Source: Octopus bimaculoides
Taxonomy: Eukaryota
DNA: 35,613 nucleotides
Reading direction: 5' to 3'
Assembly (NCBI RefSeq): GCF_001194135.2
Contig: NC_068994.1
Coordinates: 35,901,377-35,936,989, forward strand
In this document: positions 1 to 10,345 of the stretch, piece by piece
How the letters are laid out: each line of letters starts with the position of its first letter
Numbering within the stretch: position 1 is the first letter of the stretch
The notes under the pieces: generated by a model
Seen by the model: only the letters and a program-made list of their open reading frames with translations
Databases searched by the model: none
What the model was told of the DNA's origin: nothing
Translations under genes and position numbers: made by a program

Positions 1-285
1 CCGATCACCGTTTGTTATCTCCCCCTTTCTTAGCTCTCCTGAAATAAGAATTTCTAACTTCCGGTCAGTCATTGTTATGATCGGCCATTATTATGATTGA
101 CCGTTGACTGAACACTATTCAATTTTTTTTCTCCGTGTTTTTCTCCTTGTCTCCGTATTCTTTCTGTTGAAGAGCGTAGCTCGAAACGTCAAAGACTTTC
201 CGTATTCCCGAGCGTCATACTAATATATACTTTTGTTATTTACACCACCTGTCCTCGTCTGTTGTTATTTTTTGTATATTCTCCC
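1..285 (+). mobile_element. Penelope-like element terminal-repeat (pLTR) remnant, left end outside window
   Basis: T-rich non-coding segment with a hairpin (CGGTCAGTCAT 62-72 / ATGATTGACCG 92-102) and a minimal hammerhead motif at 159-195; ends in a (TA)n run at 286-308. PLE assignment is inferred from the hammerhead type. Confidence 0.6.
159..195 (+). ncRNA. Minimal type I hammerhead ribozyme motif (degenerate core)
   Basis: TCTTT-CTGTTGA-A-GAGC gta GCTC-GAAA-CG-TC/AAAGA: stem I TCTTT(159-163):AAAGA(191-195), 4-bp stem II, palindromic ACGT stem III, GUC site ending at 190. Core has U at A6. Confidence 0.7.
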
Positions 286-428
286 ATATATATATATATA
301 TATATATTGGGAGAGAAATATGTAGGCTATGAGTTTCAGTTATGGGGTTATACACCAGGTTGCAATCTTACAACTAATTCAGTTCAAATGAATAATCACA
401 TGCTTTAATGCATAGGAAGATAGATGTG

Positions 429-459
<31 letters not shown>

Positions 460-687
460 CACACATATATGGATGGATAGATAGAAAGACAGATAGATCA
501 GAAAAGCAAGCTGCAGAGAGAGAAAGAGGAGGTAGAGTAATGGGTGTATGTGTAGGTAGGCTGGTATGTGTGTGTACATATTGCAATCCTTTCAACATTA
601 ATATAATAACCGCATTGTTTGATGAAAGTTTGATACAGAAAATATATTGACAAGCAGTTTCGATACATTGTTATCAGTACAACAATA

Positions 688-900
688 GGTGGCAGTGTAC
701 TGGCACATAGCTTAGAATATCAGACAAAATGTCGTGTGGTATTTGGTTATGGCAAACTATGTTCTGAGTTCAAATACTGCCAAAGTCGACTTTGTTTTCC
801 ATCCTTTTGGATACAATTAAATAAATAACCAGCCAAATACTGAGGTCATTGTAAATGACTATAGCTCCCTCACTCCCTAATATCTAGCCTTCTGCTCATT
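688..900 (+). mobile_element. tRNA-derived SINE (family A: GTTCTGAGTTCAAAT...GTCGACTTTG...CATCCTTT), decayed
   Basis: B-box-like GAGTTCAAAT followed by GTCGACTTTGTTTTCCATCCTTT; related fragments at 10085-10345, 10545-10620 and 22500-22675. Confidence 0.7.
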
Positions 901-917
901 TTAGAAAAGTTTTTATC

Positions 918-1090
918 AGGCACAAGCATAGCTGACGCTATTGAATGTCTTACTTCCTAAACATATGACCTTGAGTTCAGTGCTACTGTACAGTACCTTG
1001 GTCAAATGACTTCTACTAAAGCTCTGGGCCAACCAAAACATTGTGAGCGAATTTGATACCTGGAAACTGAAGAAGCTTGTGATATGTGAG
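918..1090 (+). mobile_element. tRNA-derived SINE (family B), decayed 5' half
   Basis: Aligns by eye to the better copy at 2131-2422 (GAGTTCAGT, ACCTTGGTCAAATGACTTCTACTA, GGAAACTGAAGAAGC). Confidence 0.65.
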
Positions 1091-2130
1091 ACGAAATTAT
1101 GTGTCTCACTCAATGACACAATATGCCACCCAATCTAGAAATTGAATTCACAGAGCTCAACACTAACCATAAGACAAAAACCACACACCTATCATTGCAA
1201 GTTTAACACTAAATTCAGAAAAGTTCCATGTAAACCTGATAACAGTATGCTTGTATATAGTTTTGTATCTGTCTCCATCACAGAATGTGTGTGCACATGT
1301 GCATGCACATGTGTGTGTGTGTGCATGTGCATGTGTAAGCGTGTGTGCATGTGTGTGATAGAAGTTGATTAGTGCAAAAGTAATTAGGAATTTAAGAAAA
1401 CAGTATAGCTGTCGGGAAGAAATAAAATAAAATTTTTACAAACAACAAAAAAAATCTATTAATGAAATTACTATTTGCAATATCGGGAAGATTTTTGCTT
1501 TCCTAACAAGATAATTGTCTATTAAAGTTGGAGCTAAGGAATAATTATGGAAAAAGGTGCAGAGAGAATTCTCTGATTTTCATTCCTTTAGATTTTTTTT
1601 ATATAACTATTTATTTCTTATTTTATTTTTCATGGCAATTGGTAACTAACAGTGCTATTAGTTGCAGTTTTGCAGTGCACCAATGACTGGTTCACTTTAT
1701 TTCTCACTGTGAGAGTGACCAGGGAATGTCTGTAATTCGATGCAGAACAAATACCACAAAACTTCAATTCAAAGAGCACCAATTTTTCAGTGTTCTCCAT
1801 GATGTTTGCATCCTTTTGCAATGTACATTAGCAAAAGATACTGGTTATAATATATGTATATAGGTAGGGTTATTATTATTATACACATAAATATATATAC
1901 ATACACATACATACATATATAGTTATGCATATAGGTAAATACACATGCACACACATGTGATCATTTTGACATCTCATAATTGGTACACAATGCACCTGCA
2001 TGGGGAAATGTCAATTTGAAAAAGAGAGTGAGATCTTGTAGAGTAGAAGTATTTGATCACTAAAAAAAAATCAGCTGTGCATGCTGCTCAACAAGGAAAT
2101 GTGGAATCATTTTTCTCACACTCATACATA

Positions 2131-2422
2131 GGCACAGGAGTGGCTGTGTGGTAAATAGCTTGCTTACCAACCACATGGTTCTGGGTTCAGTCCCACTGCT
2201 TTGCACTTTGGGCAAGTGTCTTCTACTATAGCCTCTGGCCAACCAAAGCCTTGTGAGTGGATTTGGTAGACGGAAAGTGAAAGAAGCCCATCGCATATAT
2301 GCATATGTAGAGATATATATATGTGTGTGTTTGTGTGTCTGTGTTTGTTCCCACCAACATCGCTTGACAACCGAGGCTGGTGTGTTTACGTCCCCGTAAC
2401 TTAGCAGTTCGGCAAAAGAGAC
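2131..2422 (+). mobile_element. tRNA-derived SINE (family B), well preserved, 3'-truncated
   Basis: GGCACAGGAGTGGCTGTGTGGTAA head, GGGTTCAGTCC B-box, TTGGGCAAGTGTCTTCTACTATAGCC core, internal (TA)/(TG) tract; breaks at GAGAC 2422. Confidence 0.85.
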
Positions 2423-3150
2423 AATTCACAGTACTCTTTGTAAGATTTTTATGTGCCTTATATTTTTATTTTTTTTATATATTTTTATATTTCTTATATG
2501 TTATATTTTCATTTTTCATTTATTTATTTTTTATTATTATTTTTTTTCTTGCTGTACCCTTATTTTTAATTTTATTGTATTTTCGCTTTAGATTTTGCTC
2601 TTGTTTCTATTTCACCTTTGTTTTTACCTCTTACTCTATATTTGTATGAAATTCTTTGTGAATCTCTGAAGGGGCCTAGCGAATCGTGCATGTACCCCCA
2701 TTTCAACATTTCATCCGATAACAACTCTGGCAGGAACTATTCGGATAGAATGGGGCATGCCAAAACTAGGCTGAAACAGCTGTAAGATTAAACTTTTGTT
2801 CATTTTCTAATTCCTTATGTACTTTGTACTTTTATCTGTAAACCCGGTTGTCAAAATAACATGGTTTGTCATAAACACCTGTACTTTGTGGGTTTTTTTG
2901 TCCCTTTAGCTATAAATTAAATTAATGAATTCAACGGGATATACTATCTGCAAGTCGTTGGGTTCAGCATATTATCCTCCATTTTCTAATTGATATACAA
3001 ATTTAGGGTAACCCCCCCCCCTTTTACCTGCTCCCATTTATTGCACTTGGTATAACACTAGTGTAACAATAATTGGGTACCGTCCCAGCAGTATATTGGA
3101 TAGATACCATTCCTTAGTGGGTTGAAACCTCAACTCCTAACTCTCTTGCA
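2423..3150 (+). mobile_element. Penelope-like non-coding remnant carrying a long-stem-II hammerhead
   Basis: T-rich leader, hammerhead fold at 2661-2789, ends in (TA)n at about 3151; no coding region visible. Confidence 0.55.
2661..2789 (+). ncRNA. Type I hammerhead ribozyme fold with 100-nt stem II (degenerate core)
   Basis: Stem I AATCT(2661-65):AGATT(2785-89); core CTGAAGG; stem II GGCCTAG(2673-79):CTAGGCT(2766-72) with inner helices; GAAA 2773-76; palindromic ACAGCTGT; GUA site ending at 2784. Confidence 0.7.
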
Positions 3151-3470
3151 TTATATATATATATATAAATAATATATAAATATATGCATATATACATACA
3201 TACATGTACATACCTATATATATATGTATATATACAAGCATATATGGGTACAGGACGTCAAAAAGAAACATTCAACAAAATGAGAAACGTGAACATAAAA
3301 AACAAAACCATAGAACACGAACATTTTTTCAAACAACAAAAGAAACAAATAGAGAAACGAGACAGGCAACATAAAGAACATTCCCTTCATCAGTTTTATT
3401 TACTCCGCGTTTTGAATATATATATACATATATTTATATACATATATATATATATGTATATATATACATA

Positions 3471-4250
3471 CATCATCATCATTTAATGTCCGTTTTCCAT
3501 GCTGGCATGGGTTGGTCGATTTGACTGAGGACTGGCAAACCAAATAGCTGCATCAGGCTCCAATCTGATCTGGCAGAGTTTCTACAGCTGGATGCCCTTC
3601 CTAATGCCAACTACTCCGAGAGTGTAGTGGGTGCTTTTATGCCACCAGCATGAGGGCCAGTCGGGCGGTACTGGCAACGGCCATGCTCAAATGGTGTTTT
3701 TTACGTGCCACCTGCACAGGAGCTAGTCCAGCAGCACTGGCAACAACCTTGCTCAAATATTTTTCACGTGCCACTGGCACAAGTGCCAGTAAGGCGACGT
3801 TGGTAACAATCACACTTGAATGGTGCTTTTTATGTGCCAGGAAGCCAGTTAGCTGCTCTGGCAATGATAACGCACGGATGGTGCTCTTAGCGCTCCACTA
3901 GCACGGATGCCAGTCATCTAATTTGATTTCAATTTCGATTTCACTTGCCACAACAGGTCTTTGCAAGTAGAGTTTAGTGTCCAATGAAGGAAAGGTATGC
4001 ATAAGTGGGCAGGTTACACTCCTGGCATAGGCCACGGGTTATGGTCTCACTTGGCTTGCCGGGTCTTCTCAAGCACAGCATATTTCCAAAGGTCTCAGTC
4101 ACTAGTCATTGCCTTGGTGAGGCCTAATGTTCAAAGGTCGTGCTTCACCACCTCATCCCAGATCTTCCACAGGTTCCCTCAACTGCTAGGGTGTGGCACT
4201 TTTTCTCATAGCTATCCTCATCCATTCTCGCCATGACCATACCAGTGTAG
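3471..4250 (-). mobile_element. RTE-clade LINE 3' end
   Basis: (ATG)n tail on minus strand, shared TTTCCATGCTGGCATGGGTTGG terminus, about five tandem 3'UTR units, and the last coding codons (RWYGHG...DEDS...KSATP). Confidence 0.85.
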
Positions 4251-4354
4251 TCGACTATATATACGTAAACATACATAATACACATACACACACACACTAG
4301 GCTTTCATACACACACACTCACACAATGTGTGAGTGTTTGTGTGTGTGTGTGTG

Positions 4355-4475
4355 TGAAAGCCTTCTCTGTGGCTTCCATTTATTAAATTCTACTCATAAG
4401 ACAATTATCCAATATATTATACACTGGTATTGAACCCAGAACATTGTGCAAAGAAAATTTCTTAACACTACAGCT
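4355..4475 (-). mobile_element. Decayed family B SINE
   Basis: Reverse-complement similarity (TTCCATTTATTAAATTCTACTCATAAG, ATTGAACCCAGAAC). Confidence 0.5.
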
Positions 4476-4840
4476 ATTGCTAAAATGTTAAACAATGTAT
4501 TGTACTTTTCCCATTCAAAGCATAAGTCTTTCATATAAGGACGTAGATATCAGCCTGCTTACATCTGTAAATTTCATGGAGTCACCTAATTTTACCAGTG
4601 ACAGCAAAACGAAATGTGTCAAAATCTTTCTACAGCCTTAGTGCTGTATCTCTATGCAGTACATATGCTGCTATTTGCCTGAGCCTCTTGTCTTTCAATT
4701 TCATAATTAATACAGTATATTATTGTAAAGAATGTTGATATCAGGAAGTGCATCTGGTAGTAATAAAAAAGAAAACAAAAATACTATGCTTTTGTGATTC
4801 TAATGAGGAATGGGAAATCTCCAGTTTTATTTCATTCATA

Positions 4841-5372
4841 GGCACATGCATGGCTGTATTGATATGATAGTCACAGGCATAACTGTTAGATTAAGAAGCT
4901 CATTTTCTAACCAATTGTCTTTAGGTTCAGTTCCATTATGCAGCATCAAAGGCAAATGAATTCCACTGTAACCTACCAATGCCTTGTGAGCAGACTTAGT
5001 AGACACAAACTGTATGGAAGCCTGTTATACATGCATATATACAGACAGACAGACACACACACACACATATGTATATAAAGGAGGCTAGCTAGACAGACAG
5101 ACTGACAAACAGAGAGGCAGACAGATAGATAGATATATGTGTGTCTTTGTGTTTGTCCCCCCCCCCATCACCACCACCACCACCACTTGGCAACCAGTGG
5201 TGGATTATTTATGTGCTCGTGACTTAGTGGTTTGGCAAAAGAGACTAATAGAATAAATACCCCATTAAAAAAAAATAAGTACTGGAGTCAATTTGTGTGA
5301 CTGAAACCTTCAAAACAATTCTCCACAATAGACACAGTCCAATGACAGAAGCAAGTAAAACATACAAGATAG
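4841..5372 (+). mobile_element. Family B SINE split by a microsatellite
   Basis: Head and body 4841-5030, (GACA)/(CA) tract, then 3' part 5137-5372 (GTGGTTTGGCAAAAGAGAC...AATGACAGAAGCAAGTAAAA). Confidence 0.7.
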
Positions 5373-5548
5373 AAGATTCAAAAGATAGGTAATTTTCTGT
5401 CTTTTTATTCATCTATATTTCCTGTATTTGTTGAGATAAACTGGAAGAGATTGCAGAAGTCCTTTCAGGCATTAAGTTATTGAAAGATGCATCCACATGT
5501 GAGAGGACAACAGAGTAGCAAAGAGTTGGTCTGTGCAGCTATCTATTA

Positions 5549-5745
5549 TCTTTTACCTTTTACTTGTTTCAGTCATTAGACTGTGGCCATGCTGGGGCAC
5601 CACCTTGAAGAATTTCTTTAATTGAATGAATCGACACCAGTACTTTTATTTTTTTTTAAAGCCTGATACTTATTTTATCGATCTATTTTGCTGAACTGCT
5701 AAGTTACTTGGATGTAAACACATCAACACCAGTCTACAACTCAGA
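5549..5745 (-). mobile_element. Family B SINE 3' part
   Basis: TACTTGTTTCAGTCATTAGACTGTGGCCATGCTGGGGCACCAC is the reverse complement of the family tail seen at 32340-32390. Confidence 0.8.
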
Positions 5746-5960
5746 ACCCGTCCAAATCCATGCTGTGAGGCATATACCATCTTAATATATCTAATATTTT
5801 AATCTAAAAATTTAAATTAAGTAACATATTACATATATAAATAAATCATAGAAATATTAATTTAAAAAGTTTAAAAGTCAAATTTATATATTGGACAGTA
5901 AAAATTAATACGCTAATATACAGTATGGAAGTATAAATGTAAAAAGTTAGTGCTAGTACA

Positions 5961-6079
5961 TAGACTACTCACGTTTCATGGCTGAAATAGGACTATATAA
6001 AATCATAAGCAAATTCTATCCGAGTTCATTAGAATGGGGAAATAATTTTACTCCCAAAATCAGTCACTCTTCAGGTCAA
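5961..6079 (-). ncRNA. Type I hammerhead ribozyme with canonical core and 90-nt stem II
   Basis: Minus strand: GAC-CTGAAGA(6074-6068)-GTGACTGA...TCAGCCAT-GAAA(5977-5974)-C GTGA G-TA/GTC; GUA site at 5968-5966; stem I GAC:GTC. Confidence 0.75.
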
Positions 6080-6407
6080 ATCCCTAAGAAAATACCTAGA
6101 ATCATTCAAGGAATAAACATAAACATGATAAATAAAAATATATATAAAGAGACAAAATCTGTAAATTAATCCCGACATTAACGGTATTAATATAATTATT
6201 AAGAGTTACAATCTAAAAATATTATAGTACTATAGTAAACAAGATTAACACATTATGAAATAAGTAGATAATAGTAAAAAAATGTGTTAGTGTACAAAAT
6301 TACTAAGAGACGGATGTCAATATTGTTTATAAAATTAAAATAAGAAAACATGACTTATCTGCCGGTTGAAACCAAAATGGCTGTGCTATAGTATTTATAC
6401 TAAAAGG

Positions 6408-6822
6408 TCACGTGATAAATATGGCGTCTATTACCCAGAAGTACATGCGTATTATGATTTCTAAAATAATAACGAAAATATCGAAAAAGAAAATTTACCT
6501 AAAATAAAAAGTTTCTTAAGGATTAAAAATACTAAAATACTTAAACTTGCAAATTAACGCAGAGTAATAGCTATACACATACGAAAATTCTATATTACGT
6601 AAATAATGCTATGAAAATTAATACTGAAAAATCACGTGATAAACATGGCGTCCATTACCAGAGGTAAGTACGTGTTATAATTACTAAAATAATAACGAAA
6701 ATATCGAAAAAGAAAATCTACCTAGATTAATAATACTAAAATACTTAAAGCTCTCAGATTTACGCAGAATAAAAACTATACCAAATACGAAAGTTATATA
6801 TTACTTAAATAATGTTATGAAA
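6408..6822. repeat. Imperfect tandem duplication (224-bp period) inside the PLE
   Basis: Units start TCACGTGATAAA(T/C)ATGGCGTC at 6408 and 6632; share TAAAATAATAACGAAAATATCGAAAAAGAAAAT; second unit is shorter by deletion. Confidence 0.9.
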
Positions 6823-7000
6823 CATTGTAAAAGACTGCTCATATTATCGTTGAATACTTAAAGTAAAGGTAGTTATATGTTCCAATTTTGTATAATACTG
6901 TGATGATTAAAGTGTATTCTAAAGCTAATTTGGTGTATTCTACGATACTGATCATAACTATAAGTTGGTACCTAATACTAGGTTTAAATAAATAAATTAG

Positions 7001-7171
7001 TTATCTAAACTTATTATATAAGTAATTTAATTTATGTCTGCATTTAATATTACGTTCATAGTGGGAGTTAATGAATTTTTTATTAGCTAATAATATCTCT
7101 TTAAATTCATTGGTACATAATAAGAAGAATTTATTCCCTATCCTATATGATTTAGCCTTGCAAACTATTGT
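7001..7171 (-). pseudogene. PLE GIY-YIG endonuclease C-terminal fragment
   Basis: 56 codons plus stop translated by hand; first Cys of CxLC replaced by Phe; parallels the plus-strand fragment at 17968-18300. Confidence 0.7.
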
Positions 7172-7268
7172 ATATATGTATATATATAGAAATAATTCAG
7201 ATTTAGTTGAATTAAATACTAAAGTTGAAGCACCAAGTATTGTCTACCCAGCTCGAAGTTAGGTGATT

Positions 7269-7332
7269 AAAATACAAATAAGTAACAAGGATGTCCAGAT
7301 ACCTGGACATCCTTGTTACTTATTTGCATTTT
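7269..7332. repeat. 30-bp inverted repeat (one mismatch), 4-nt loop
   Basis: AAAATACAAATAAGTAACAAGGATGTCCAG atac CTGGACATCCTTGTTACTTATTTGCATTTT. Confidence 0.95.
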
Positions 7333-7339
7333 ATGTATG

Positions 7340-7396
<57 letters not shown>

Positions 7397-7399
<3 letters not shown>

Positions 7400-7611
7400 G
7401 AGCGGGTACTGAAAAGTTCCTGGCTTTAGGTAAAAGTAAATAGAGGAGTATTAATTATGATTCTATGCAACATACACCGCTGTCAGATTCACACACTTAT
7501 TGCAAAGGTCCTTCGGTTTTTCTGAGCCCTGTAATACAACTCAGAAGGTTGTGCCTCTAACCAGGCCCTTTGTGATACCCTTGAAGTCAGGAACTTTTCA
7601 GCACACTCGTA
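7397..7611. mobile_element. Mariner-type MITE (about 211 bp) with TA target duplication
   Basis: Left TATGAGCGGGTACTGAAAAGTTCCTGGCT and right AGTCAGGAACTTTTCAGCACACTCGTA are imperfect TIRs bounded by TA. Confidence 0.8.
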
Positions 7612-7640
7612 TATGTATGTGTGTGTATATATATATATAT

Positions 7641-8292
7641 AAGGACAGTGCAATCTGAGAACATGTACCAAGAATGATAAAACTCAAATATCCAGTCAAC
7701 ATCATGGTGTTTGGAGTGATCATTAGTAATGGCGACATTATGCCTCCATTCATCTTCCCACACAGCCTCAGACTCAACATGGAGGCCTAAATCATGTGCC
7801 TGAAGGAGATAGTGCTGCCCTGAATCAAGAGGGTGGCTGCTGGAAGACTCTATGTCTGGCAACAGGTATCTGCACCATGCCACTCAAGCAGGAGAACCCA
7901 GTCATGGCTGTCAGACAATTTCTGCGACCACATTACCCTTAGCATCCAGCCACCTAACTCCCGAGACTGCAATCCCCTTGATGATTATGTGAAAGATGCA
8001 GCTGAGTGAGAGACCACCAGAACTCCTTATAACACCAATGATGAACTGAAGACAAGGAGTATGGCAGCATTCACCAACTTAAACAGGGAGACCATCCAGA
8101 AGAATTGCAGGAGATTCCAAAGTCGTCTGTAGGCCATGGTTGAAGCCAATAGCTAATCTATTAAGTAAATTTACTCTTTAGTATTTCAAGACATTTTTTA
8201 TGTCATTTTGGTAAATATATCTGTTAAAACGAGATGTCAGTGTTATTTTCATTTTTGTGTAATTTAGATGACAGTTTATTCACTGCTCCCTG
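7641..8292 (+). mobile_element. Tc1/mariner DD37D (maT-like) transposase 3' fragment, pseudogenised
   Basis: From 7674: MIKLKYPVNIMVFGVIISNGDIMPPFIFP...VWQQ(V)SAPCH...PPNSRDCNPLDDY...CRRFQSRL*AMVEAN; 37 residues between the second catalytic position (here GTA instead of Asp) and the NPLD Asp; several stops. Confidence 0.85.
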
Positions 8293-8689
8293 TGATATAT
8301 ATACGTATGTATGTATATGTATACACACACACACACACACATATGCGCATGAATGTATACAAGTATGGAAATTCATATTTATATAGCTTACATACACACG
8401 TAAAATTTATGCCAATCATTCCTTTTATATTAGAATCAATTCAACATAGTTATTTTCCTTATTGCAGAATAAATATTTCTAATGCAAAATTATTAGAAAA
8501 TGAATGGCACAATATTTACAGAGAAAACAGAGAAGTTTGAGAATTGATGAAAGAATGAATGCTCTCCCCTGATTGGAGGTGAGAGCAAAAGTGTGTATGT
8601 ACGTATGTGTCGGCTTTCTGTTTATATCTTTACCTTGTTTCAATCAATTGACAGTGGCCATGTTGGGGCTTTTATTTTATGTATCATAT

Positions 8690-8845
8690 ATATGCACATG
8701 CACACACACACATGCATGCACGTACATACAAACACACACGTGCGCACGTACATACAAACACACACATATATACACACACACATATACACACACACATGCA
8801 CGCACATGCACACAGACACAGACACACACACACACACACGGACAC
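8690..8845. repeat. Compound (CA)/(TA) microsatellite
   Basis: Direct inspection; similar tracts at 9300-9530, 10822-10920, 15990-16480, 20360-20660, 25920-26110 and 28868-29040. Confidence 0.95.
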
Positions 8846-9559
8846 ACGAGTAATTTTTAGAATTAGTTTCACATGTTCAATGAAAGTTGTAGAACAATAA
8901 TCGAAGCATTGTCAAATATTTAAGTATTGAAACAAAACAACATCATCAAATTCCTTATAGATGATGCTCTACCATATAGGAATTTATAATATTCAAATAG
9001 AGTAAGTATTCAATGGAGGAAGAAAGGTTTGCATTGAGAAAGAAAAAGCCTGGAAGGCTACAATAAATTTAGGAAACTGTGAAGTTCTTTGACAATTGTT
9101 TATGAGAATATCTTTGGTAAAAAAATGGTCTCTTCTGGTATGCTGGAAGAAACGTTTTAACAATTATGGTTGTTATATAGAGAAATTACATGTTTATATG
9201 TTCAGAATATATATTTATATATCATTTATATTTATTGATATATTTATCCCTCAGGTAGGGGACTATTAACTAGCCACATATATATATTTAAGAAATAAGT
9301 GCTTGTGTTTGTTTGTGTGTATGTGTATGAGCGTGTGTGTGTATCTGTGTGTGTGTGTGCATTTGTGTATAGATGTATGTACCTCCCTGTACATAATACA
9401 TATGTATATCTCTGTCTGTCTGTCTGTGTGCCTACCTACCTGCCTGCCTGGTTATCTGTCTATTTATGTTTGTCTATATGTATGTATTTACACACACATA
9501 TACAAACACGCATACATGTATGTATGTATACTTCATCACAATCACCATCCAACGCACAC

Positions 9560-9900
9560 TGACATAGGTCAGATGGTTTGATAGGATCCAGCAAGCTGGA
9601 GAAATGTGAGCTCCGGTGTCTGCTTTGGTATGATTGATGTTGGGATGGGTATCCATCCCAAGATCAACCATTTTACAGAGCATACCAGCTACCATTTGTA
9701 TGATACTCTCACCAGTAAGGTCACTAAATAAATTGCAAGACAGAAAAAGAAGAATCCCACTAAACTGTGTGGGGTTGTAGTAGCAGGTAAGGTATCATTA
9801 TAGCAGATGTTGAAAGGCTAAAGTATGAGAGAGAGAGGCACATGTGTCTTGCTAGAAGAGATCTGTTGCTACCTTGCAACAGAACTGGGTGAGTGACGTT
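9560..9900 (+). repeat. Decayed interspersed repeat related to the RTE 3' terminus
   Basis: TGTCTGCTTTGGTATG...AACCATTTTACAGAG resembles the RTE-end motif at 14580-14640 and 29615-29630. Confidence 0.45.
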
Positions 9901-10084
9901 AGGTTAGTTGGCTGAGAGTGTGAAGGTGAGCAAATCCAGTCACCTGTGCAAACACGATGGGTTGTCTACAAGATGATTGCATTTACCTGTATGGTTCAAA
10001 TACAACACAGGTTCAACTTAACTTTTGATACTTCTTGGGGTGAGTATAATAAGTACTATTCATGGATTCAGGTGATATATTAAA

Positions 10085-10345
10085 GTACTAGTTGCATACT
10101 GAGGTTGATGGTATTGATTAGACCCCTCCCCAAATTTCAGGCCTTGTGCTTGTAGCAGAAAGGATCATCATCATCTTCATTATTATAATAAGTGGGGTGA
10201 GCTGGTTGAATTGATGGCACATTGCTTAGTGGCAATTTTCCTGGCTATTTGCACGCTCAGCTCACATTCCACTGATGTTGAATTTACCTTTTGTTCTGTC
10301 AGGGGTCAATAAAATATAATACCAGACAAGTATTGGGGTCGATAT
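10085..10345 (+). mobile_element. Two family A SINE fragments
   Basis: CCCCCAAATTTCAGGCCTTGTGC...GTAGCAGAAAGGAT tail (10085-10165) and GGGGTGAGCTGG...GAATTTACCTTT...GGGGTCAATAAAAT head/body (10190-10345). Confidence 0.65.

Larger units (their letters stand above)
5748..7268 (-). mobile_element. 5'-truncated Penelope-like element (GIY-YIG C-terminus plus 3' region)
   Basis: Minus-strand 7171-7001 reads TIVCKAKSYRIGNKFFLLCTNEFKEILLANKKFINSHYERNIKCRHKLNYLYNKFR*, matching the PLE endonuclease tail pattern (A..Y..G..CxLC..E...I...N...E...CRH); followed by a tandem duplication and a hammerhead. Confidence 0.75.

Noticed and set aside
2131-2200. tRNA gene at SINE heads
   Set aside because: Only A/B-box remnants; no cloverleaf, and the sequence continues into the SINE body in many copies.
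3387-3393. CTGATGA on the minus strand in a TA-flanked segment (about 3240-3420)
   Set aside because: No stem II closure or downstream GAAA on that strand; at most half a hammerhead.
3632-3900. CRISPR-like array of palindromic repeats
   Set aside because: Units are degenerate tandem repeats without unique spacers, in a eukaryotic LINE 3'UTR, with no cas genes.
5436-5498. Plus-strand mini-exon candidate DKLEEIAEVLSGIKLLKDAST
   Set aside because: Acceptor is an atypical GAG, the segment is short, and there is no partner exon or recognisable protein.
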